A stretch of DNA of 64,000 bases, taken from positions 18,476,001 to 18,540,000 of the forward strand of contig OZ365112.1 in NCBI GenBank assembly GCA_977030845.1, given 5' to 3'. The notes beneath the pieces were generated by a model, which worked only from the letters and a program-made list of their open reading frames with translations, ran no database searches and was not told the origin of the DNA. Origin of the DNA: Fimbriosthenelais zetlandica (Eukaryota). Numbering within the stretch: the stretch's first letter is position 1; each line of letters starts with the position of its first letter. Of this stretch, positions 54,015-64,000 are shown piece after piece. A program made the position numbers and the translations under genes.

Positions 54015-57000
54015 AAAATTACATATTCAAATTCTACCTATATTTTGGAAAGGAGGTCATTTCTATTTAGTCATCCAATGTTTCACCATGTTATTTAACA
54101 ATATATCTGATATTAAAAGTAGGCAAACAGAATAATTTGCCCCAAATCCAGTATGACTAAATCTACAAGTATCAGGACTCGGAGACGACTGGAATTGGTA
54201 TGCATAGGTTGAGGCCTACCCTCTTTGGAATTGCTGCAATGCAGCCTAATAACAGGCTAGGCTATTATGTCCTAGAACATTTTTTTCAGTTGTAGGCCTA
54301 ACAACATTTTCCTAACTCCATCCTGGGTAAGATAAATGCTCTTTTAATGTATTCTGTTTTATAATAAACCCGCGGGTTGTTGCCCAAGGAGTGAGTAGAC
54401 CTATGAGCCAATAGGTGGATCTATTATTGGTTGGCGGGCCTATTGCTTGGCGTGGACAACTGTACAGTAGTCCATAATTGAGCTCATTAGATCTCCATTT
54501 AAGATCAAATTAGAGCCCACAAAAATAAGCGTATCAGCAGTAACTACGCCCCAAGTTATCCTTCTAGGATGCAGACCTATTTATGGCTCTATTTCTGCAC
54601 TTGTATCACAAAGATCAGGATGCGAGAAGGTCTAGGCCCTACTGATCTCTGGTCTGTTCCTTAAAGAAGGTGACACCAGCCTACTGTATTGAGGCCTACA
54701 ATGCGAGCCTCAGGCCCACTAAAAACGTGATATCTGGGGGAAAGTTTCATCTATTTTAGCCTGATATTTAGGCTACTTTGATGGAACAAAAGCTCTAATC
54801 GTTTGTCCACTGTGAAGACCACTTACACGGGCGATCTGGGATCTTCTGATCCAGGTGCCTGGAAGGGAGGGGCCTGTGTTGGCAACATCAAAAGGTACAC
54901 GGTCGTTTGATGTGGACGCGGCGCCATCTTAAGTGATAATTCGGAACCAAAGATGAATCACGCCCGACAAGGAGGCGACCGCAATTACGCGTCCGTTATG
55001 TCTTCGTGAACAGGTAGATAGTTCTTGTGTCTATTAGACATTAGAAACAATTAACAAGATGTTTTCTGGGGCACTCACACATAACTCAAAAATAGTATTT
55101 CATTAGGCCTATGTCGTCGAAAAAGTGAAACTAAAATTTCCAAATGGAACATTTCTAGAGTTGTCTTATCATTTCTTATCTCCAACGTTTCACGGCATGG
55201 TTGGCAAGTGGGCTCTTTCTCTGGCCTACAACAATCACTAACTTTAGGCCTATTGTAGGCCTATATAGACCCTAGCAGGCCTAGACCTACTGTGATTTCT
55301 GGGGGCGAAAACTGCTTAGCCTACATGTAGGCATATGCCTAGGGCCTATATATATAGGACCTCCCATATTATTCAAGCAATCATATCACAAGCATGTATG
55401 TAGAGAAGCCAAAGAATATGATCTCTTAACTTAACCTGCAGGTCTATATCTTGAAAAATTACCGGCGCCACATGTGCCGTAAGGAGAAAAAAGACGGCGC
55501 ACACAGGTTGAGAGGAGTAAAAAGTGATGGGCGCCTGCTTAGCGTCGACTGTCGCGATTGAATTATGCCTTGTCACGTCCCATATTTTTTCCACTCGCTG
55601 AAAGGCGAACCTGAGCCGGAATTATTAAACGATATGAGAATTACCGCAGCGCCGTGCTTTTTCACTGCATATGTTTTCACTCATCGAACTGTCAATTACG
55701 CGTCACCTGAAACCCCCGCGCGCGCCGCGTCCCTTGCCGACTATGGGCCCCCGTATAGGCAGTCATTTATCATGTTCCGGTCTGTTTTACCCCGACCTGG
55801 GCCACCGTACCTCCTCCAGCCATGTCCGCCAGCTATGTATGCTATTGTATGAACCTCCTGGCGGTTGAAATGTCAGGTAATTATGGGTTGTAGGGGTAGG
55901 TATTGAGGGCAGGCGGTGAGGGCGGTATGGGCCGGCCGTCCCCCGGCCTTATGCCGCTGGTCGCGGCGGGACAGACGCGGACGGACACCGCCTAATGACA
56001 GGGAGGGGGACGGGGATTACATTGGAGGGATGGAGCAGGGTGGTGTAGTTAGATAAATCATTATGTATGACCAGTCTGCTGACCATGTGCTGGTCACAAA
56101 AACTGGATGAGGGTCAGTGGTACACAAAAATACCCACCAACAGTAGGCGCAATGAATATAGGGGCCTATACAAATTTATATAAGCACAGACATATTTTAA
56201 AATGTCGGGAATGAATTTGCTGTCCTAATTTCAAAAGAAAGTTGTTCCGGTTATTGGTGAAGTAACCCATGTCATAGACCTATTTGATGATGTAGTTCAA
56301 TGCGCATGTGTCTAGAACCCATTCTTCGACTTGTAAAGATGCAGACACTAAATTCTTACAAAGAAATTGGGAGTGCGCATCAAGAGAGTAGTACTTAAAA
56401 TGGGCATAGTTTTGCGGCCAGTGACGCAAAAGTGTCGCGACCATATAGACCACCCCGCACCCCCTTTCCCCACCCCTCCTTATGAAACATAGAGGTGAAT
56501 TAATTTACCACTACCACTTTGTTTTATTTTTTAGACATTTTCAGAAATGAAAGATCACTTCACCTATAATTTGGGATGCTCTGTTATAATTATGAAAGTC
56601 TGAAGGGCAGTACAAGATGCCCTTTAAAGGTTTAGGCCTATAATATATGGAAGTCCACATGTCCAAATTCACGGGCCTTGCCTATGATACATACTGAGTG
56701 CTAGATTTAGACTGAGTGCCTCAATGATAAGTGAGTGATATTCACTGGGATGAACATTGTGTGGTAGAGATCAATGCCTGCGCCTGAAGCTAGGCCTGAT
56801 CTCTACTATGAGGAGTGGGCTAATTTGTTAATGGGCCCGTCCTCGTATATCCGCTACCACACAGTGTTGTATTACCGTCTGTGCCCAGGACAAATAACAT
56901 AATGCATTATGAGAGTTGATTCATATTTCTCTTTCAGGCTTTATCACTTAGAAAAAATAAAAACAGGCTGGGTTGTAGGACGAGTTATGGGACAGGGCCC

Positions 57001-60000
57001 TTCTGTATGGGCTTATACATAATGGCTTGAGTATAGTATCTTTCGACCTTACTGAGATAGATATCTGAAAAACAGCTCCTTATTACTGATCCCCCCTACT
57101 GATTATGTGTTAGGCCTATACACACATACCTTATTCTAACACACCTATCAAAGGAGGATTTCCATATTTCTTGGAGGAGAGAATTTTAAAAGCTAAAGCT
57201 AATAAAATTGAACCCATAAGCTCGAAATTGAATCATTGTCAATCGTAAATGTAATGGGAATTAATTAACCCAGTTACAATTAAAAAGATTCGAAGGCCAG
57301 TAGAGCATGCAGATTTTATTTTAACTTCATCAGCTTGGCCTCTGTATGGGGTTTCTATCTGTACACTCAGTTGTAAAAGATCTCCCACTCCACCAGCGTC
57401 TCGTCTTTGGTTATGGGTCGTGACACAGGTCCAAGATATTCCATTGATTAGAACTTCAAAGGACGCCGCGGCGTTTACCTGGCGCTATTACCTGTAAGAC
57501 TCACAGGTGGGTGAGAGCCCGCCACCAGGCAGCCTGTTAATTGGTGGCCATTTACCTCTAGTGGGACCCCTAATTAAGGTACGCTTGGTACTCATTAAGT
57601 TTACCGTATATAAGGACCTTACAAGGTGCATTATTTCGGCATCCAGACCCAGGATAATTGCTGTTATATAGGAAAGTGGTTATCTATACTGGGCCCGGGT
57701 ATTAATTTCATTCTGGTTTTAATAATGGTGTACTGGTGTCGCCATTGTGCTATGTTATGCAAGCGTAGATAACGATGCATTGTTTTTGTATAGTGGCTGG
57801 TAGTTGTGATTTTAAGAAACACATTTATCATAAGAAAATGACTCTTATATGTACCCATTATATACACTATACTGGCGACCCTGAACACAGAGAGAAGTGG
57901 CCTTTGGTCCCCCATTCACTCAAAATCTCTTACAGTCGTGTGTCGGAAATGAATTTTAGGGTCTACAGCGGTATCCCATGTAATAAAATTTATAGACATA
58001 GATGAATGTCAGAACAACAGTTATGGAAAGCTATATCCAACAGTTAACCTCATATAAAACAGAGTAAAGGGCTATTTGAGCCGCAGGCGATCATCACACT
58101 AAAAGCTCTAATCTCAGATATCAGGAGTGTCATTCCAATATCTGACGGTTCGGGTAGGCCTTTATGAAACCCATCTCAAAGTAATACAGTAAGTCAGTAA
58201 AAGGCTATTACCCTTTAATGTAAAATATTTTATATCTAGAACGTATATATATATACAGCACATGGCAACATATATCAACAATATGCATGCCAGTAGAAAA
58301 AACGCAGCTGTATTATAACCTAAAATCCAGACATTTTGTGGCGCAGGTTAGTTTTGCTAACCTCTATCTGTCGCCATCCAACTTGAAAAGTTCTGATCTT
58401 ATACTTTGTTCTTTCTTTCTCTCATTGTCTCAGTGTTTGAGGAGCCACGCCCATATGCAGCCCCCTCTTCCCTCTTACCCCCCTCCCACCTCTTTTGGCA
58501 TCCTCGATCCTCAACAGGGACTAAATGCATTAATCAATCCCAAGTACCAGAATCAATCATGTACGCTTAACCGTCATATCTCGTTATCAACGCATTCATC
58601 AGCGCCGCAGATTTCATTACCCCTCCAAGCCTCCTCCCTAATTTGAATAAATCGAGCTAAGAGCATTTCGCTGCGCGCGCCATATTTACAAACGTCTGCT
58701 AGTAAATGTTATTCCACGTCGCCGAGTACTCGGACGCTAGGGCTTGCAATGTTTGAACGCACTTCTGGCGCGAGCATCGCCCGTGTTTTTATAAAACATT
58801 CTATCACTGCTACTGATGGAGAGATGCATTTCGCGCAGACAATGCTGAAATTTGTCACTCAATGGCAGTGATAAGAGCGTTGGCGACAGGAAAAAAAAAG
58901 GAAAAAATGGCGATATCTTCCTCTAAGTGCTTATTTCCTTATAACGCCCTGTGCCCATAATGCACCTGGGCAACACATAATGGGCAGGAAAGCAAGAGGC
59001 ATAGAAAACACAATAATCCCATCATAAAGCGATTACTCCCCCAATACCAGTGTTCAAACACGTCCTAATCCCACCATCGCATGTCCCAGCAGATAGGATT
59101 TTTATCTTATTTTATCAGCCCGTGTTAAGAGGCTCTAACAAAGAAATGTTCCCCACGCTCAAAACTGTCCAGCCGTGTGATCGGCTCGAATCCATGACCT
59201 TCTGTATATAGGGCCTGAATGGCACTCATCAGGGATATTTCAGATATATTGCATGATGTGAGGAAGGAAAATCTGCTAACGTCCACCAGACAAAATGGAA
59301 CTGGTGGCCCGACTGATGGATGTGTAGTGCGGAAACTGAAAGTGTCGGAGGAAAGTTTCGATGTTCAGGCCATTTACGGTTTAGTACTAAACGTATGGGC
59401 GATAGTCAAAGTTCAGTTTATATGAAGGCAGTCGACATTCACAAAGTGCTCGTGATACTATTGGTTATAATCTATAATATTATAGACAAAAACTAGGCCT
59501 ATACTTCGGAAAAAAGCTTGATCAATGAGTCATGAGTACCAATAAGAACACATGCCATATATAGACATACGAGTAGGCCAACGTATGCATGGTGTAGAAA
59601 CAATATAAAGATGAGCTACTCTATACACACAGAGTCGCTCACTAATGTAGACCATTTATAGCTGTCTTTGATACTGATCAAGGCTGGCCTCAGGGAGGTG
59701 GAGTAGATCAATCTACTACGAACATCTCCATATGTAGGCTACATCCAAACAAATTCAAGATGGCCAAAGATAGACCTCCACCGATTCTGGTCGTACATAA
59801 GGGGCTCTAAGAATATACACGTTTCACACATAGAGATCTTGGCAGAAGGGTCATTGAATACAATATCATTAATAGAGACTTTTATAGAAAGATTTACTTT
59901 CTAAAATCTGCCTTTATATCCCTTTCGTTATAGCCAGCCAGTTTAGTAGTTTGCCCATCTTCTCTTCCTCCTCCACATCTCCTCTGCTCCTCTCTTCCCA

Positions 60001-63000
60001 ACCAAGCATCTTTCCTTTTTCTAGCTGGCCCATCGACACACATCCCTGGTAAAACCCTCTGCCTCAATCAAAGCGCATTAAAGAAAATTTCACCGTCCGT
60101 TTGGGCCCTCCAACCACGGCCCCGCCACACAAGGCCGCCCGCCGCTTGAGCGCTTCTGTTTTGCATGACTTGCCTGCGGACCTCGCCCGTCTCTGTTTTG
60201 ATCTTCCTTTGCCTGACTAACCATTGTTTCATTAAAACCGTAATATTCCCCGCCATTTTTCTCCGCCCTTTCGTGCGGGTTTTTAGCCAACTGCTTGGAT
60301 CATTATCGGTGAGTGTAGCTAGTAGCGAGGCACATTGGGTTTAATTTGCTTTAATACCCACTTTGATGTGCCCACGCTGGAGCAGGGATCAACGGCGAAG
60401 TATCATTAACAAAATTAACCTATCTTCTTCCCAGGAGGCTGGAGGAGGGCTCTGCTCCACTCTGCTGGGATGGACGCCATCCCATGAGGGAGGGCCGCTA
60501 CCTTTCTCATCATAAAACATGTGGGTAGCTTCCTTTTTTCTCGGATGCCACCACCTGAGGGCGTATAGAAGGGTGAGGTGAGGGCGGGTCCCGGCGGAAC
60601 TTTGGTAGAGTATAATGGCGGACTGTGTAATGGTGGACTGTAACATGGTTAGAGATGGGGGATCGACCACATGCCGGTCACATGACTCTCTCCTAAACCT
60701 TCCACTTTCATTTACGATCAATGTACCAAGATAGTCTGTACAGACTCATCTAAAACATCAGGAAGAAATGTTTTCACCTGACCATATAGATCATTTCCCT
60801 ATACCTCTCTTAAAAAAAATATAGGAACTTCTCGTACCCGTGTGCTCATTCAAGCGCCACAGGCATGGAGATATATATATAATGAGATAGAGTAGCAATT
60901 TGGTGGGTCGTTTCTTGAGACATGAGGGCCAAGAGTAGACTAGCAGACTAGTCTGAGATACTATCCTTATCTAGATAAGAAATGGTTATACAAGCCCCAT
61001 ATGCCTGACCGCTGACCAGGCTGGTGCCATACTGGTGACCTTGCACCATGAAAGGTCACCACTGACCGTTAGTGACCAGTGAAGGCGGACGCCAGGCTGA
61101 GCCGCAGTTCAAAGAGTACCGCGCACAATGGGGTAAATTAAATCACCAATCACATTATGTGATTTAGTCTAGCAGAACGAATGCAAGACAGGGGGTGGTG
61201 GTGAAAGGCCCGGCATGTCAGTATAAGATATGCGTGTCTAGGATATCATTTAACTTTCACATAGTGAGAATCAACTTTGAAACCATAGTGATATATATGA
61301 TTCTAAATGTCAATGGTGACAAGACGCGGACAAGGAGAGTGGAGGAAGGAGAGGTTGTACATGGAATTTCTGAATCACTGAAGACGAGGGGTGAGTGCGA
61401 ACCACCTGGAAATATCAGACCGGAAAGGGAATACCATTCCCATTCACACATCGCTAAACAGATATGCCCACTACAAAACACAGGCTGAGAATCCGAGCCG
61501 ATGCAATGCGATCTCGTGTCCTGCGACGATCGAAGCTATCGCTGCTGCGATGAGAATATGGTGATTACCGACCATTTCGGTATAATTCAGCGTCATATGC
61601 GTCAGGCAAATGACTAGTTTTAGGTGGCGGCACGAGGGAGCGCTGGCGGCGCCTCAATGGGCTTCTGCCCCATTAGCAATGGAACTATGTAATTATGAAT
61701 GGAAAATGGGAGGGAGAGATTCTGGACTGGTGCGTGCATGCCCACGGTTCATAGAATCTCTAAAGAGTCCTGTTAGCCATGGAACAAGTACTGGGAACCA
61801 AAATCCAACTGGTCAGATTTGGTTCTTTTTATTTTCATCATCCCCATTCATGTATATCTGGCTTAGTATAATGAGCCAGCATCTGTGATGTATAAGGCAG
61901 TGATTGTGTCCACTCGCCTCACTGGACGGCTTTATTATCAACCAAAGTGGCTTTATAACCAACAATGTCCATCTTAAGATGAAGGAGGTAAGGCACTCCA
62001 AGAAGAATTTAATGAGAGGAGATACTTCATATATAGCACGAGAGGCTATAGAACTTATTCATAACAGCTTGGTCGCAGTATGAATGGGCACATATGGTAC
62101 TATTACATGAAGGAAAGGCCAACAGAGAATTTGTTGAATTGCGATGCACATATTTTCAGTCTAATATAACGCCCAGCGATATACATAGGCCTACATCAAA
62201 TTGGTTGGGGTGAAGTTTCAGTGCCAAATATAGAATTGGGGCCATTAAAGAACTCACATCTTTTTAATTCAGGTCAGAACCCATTAGAACCAATAGTATT
62301 GGGATTTAGATGTCAGGGAAAAACAGTAGATTGGTCGATAAATGTATGAGTAGACTTGTATGTATTTCAATACATTTGATTTGAGGGCCTCATGGAAGTT
62401 CTGGGACAGGGAGAAGACCATTCTCACTTGGTTTCACAATAAGGTGCAGGAGCTGGTATTGTGTGCCCAACCACGGCCTACCAGTCTCATCAAACCAGGT
62501 GGAAAATAAGGTAAATAAAATGAAATTAGAGTGTGGAAGAAGGGTGGATGTCATGGTAGACTGAGTCCTACACGCGACTCCCAGCTACTCACTAATCACA
62601 CAGATATTACTCACTCTTTGTGTGCAGACCGAGTTTAGTGATTTTCTTTTCAGAAATATATTTTCCATTTCAATCTGCTGATAAGATTGAGCTGAAGTTA
62701 TCTTCTCTGATACCTGATTATAATGAAGATTCCTTCTCATTTAGTACAATACAAGCACATGATTGCCAATGAGTAGCTATGAGTGGATACCAGAAACAGG
62801 GAGAATCTGGTGTCATAATTCATCACATTCTTTAAAGAACAAACTCAGAGAGCAATATTCATGACGTTTTCTGCTCTTCTTTTATATCTGAAAAGGATCC
62901 ACAGATTCGACATCCCTGAACCACGTGTGATGAGGAGTCTCAAGGTTTCGTCCAATCGCCTGGGTGGTAACCTGAGTCTCTTGTAAAATGTCATAATCAT

Positions 63001-64000
63001 ATCTGGTGAGCAGCAACTGCGCAGTTCCTGCCTTTGAGCTTGTCTTTCTCACGTCAGAGTGGACATTGTCCGGGCAATCTTCACAAGGCCGCTACAAAAA
63101 CACGCGTGGGGCAAGTATTTGTGGGAGAATGGGACACCATTTGATGTGGCGATTTTTCTCTTTATTTATGCTTTGAGTGTGTTCGGTGTGTGGCGGTTTG
63201 TGAAAGGTTAGGCGAACACTGGGCGTGCTTCTCTTTGTATGAGCCACCGTGGTGTATGAACCACTACTTTGAATATAGAAAAGACGTCAGACAAGACTAA
63301 AAAAGCCAGAGATTCCATATTATTCAACTAGGGGCCATCAGAATGTTAGATTAACTAATACAGATGTGACCTTTTGGCTTTGTGCTGAGTTGCATGGTGA
63401 ATAAATATCGCTGATCAAGTTGAATTTCTTTTTTTGGTTCTTTCATGTCTCAGATGTTCAAGTTAGAATCTCTTTATATTATTTTCACTAACCTGGGCGA
63501 GCATCGCTCAAACTCCGCGAGTAGTTTAGGAAAATGAACCAATTACTCAGGCTCGCGGCTACACAGGAGTGTTTCTAACTTCATGAAGTTTTAGTCACTT
63601 TGGATAAGAGATCCTAAATATGTAATGTCTCATGTAAGAATGAGAACTAAGACAATTATGAAAACGTATAGTCTAGTAGTAAAGTATAATTTGTAATATA
63701 GACAAGTTCCTATAAAGCAAAACCTCACAGCAGACCTAGAATTAACAGTGTCGCTGCAAACCCTGCCTCCACTTATCAACTTTGCCCAAACTTCCATCCT
63801 TTCCTTCTTTCATCCCGCGCGGTGACAGATTTTAACTAGGTAGCACTTGACAAGGATTTGAAAGTTTCCTTGATGCAAGTCACGTTAAGGTTCTCATGAG
63901 AGCTTGGCGGCTAGCGAGATTTCACACATGATTTTGTTAGTGGAGGAAATTAGAACTTCAAGTCTTTCCATCGCCTTGAGAAATTACACAGTTTTTTTCC

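Larger units (their letters stand above)
52338..62193. repeat. Dispersed TAGGCCTA palindrome-rich domain
   Basis: Exact TAGGCCTA at 52338, 53199, 53730, 54293, 55104, 55245, 55256, 56633, 57111, 59494 and 62186, plus several 7/8 variants; none seen in 1-52337. Confidence 0.75.

Noticed and set aside
57404-57414. TCTTTGGTTAT, identical to the first 11 nt of miR-9
   Set aside because: The match stops at 11 nt and no precursor hairpin or star arm is visible.
52338-62193. TAGGCCTA as head-to-head telomeric (TTAGG/TTAGGG) fusion scars
   Set aside because: No copy has the full TTAGGCCTAA and no tandem telomeric repeats flank any copy.
1-64000. CRISPR arrays, operons, intact transposons or retroelements, rRNA, snRNA
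   Set aside because: The DNA is eukaryotic; no regularly spaced repeats, transposase or RT motifs, LTR/TIR pairs or structural RNA matches other than the tRNA were seen. Old degenerate repeats cannot be excluded without RepeatMasker.

Overview
This is animal genomic DNA, not prokaryotic, so nearly all of the supplied ORF track is intronic or intergenic noise. The N-terminus of the one gene looks invertebrate rather than vertebrate. The window holds the 5' end of a Tcf/Lef (pangolin/TCF7L2-type) gene on the minus strand. Three coding exons (47853-47710, 47580-47505, 47081-46975) have GT-AG boundaries and intron phases 0/1/0, and splice into 109 codons that include the beta-catenin-binding domain. 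They are followed by an apparent giant third intron (at least 47 kb) running off the left edge; no HMG-box or C-clamp exons were found. A CCAAT/TALE-type promoter lies at about 48.0-48.2 kb and a lone tRNA-Val(CAC) gene at 53925-53997. Main non-coding signals: (1) at least 13 exact copies of the TCF site ACATCAAAG, many beside GCCGCC-like Helper sites, suggesting a large Wnt/TCF autoregulatory landscape; (2) a 10-kb upstream zone with 11 TAGGCCTA palindromes and a triple 14-bp palindrome knot; (3) local TGACC/GGTCA-rich patches; (4) a uORF and candidate frame-preserving micro-exons; (5) a non-canonical T73 in the tRNA. Counts were made by eye, and chance expectations are rough estimates assuming about 57% A+T.
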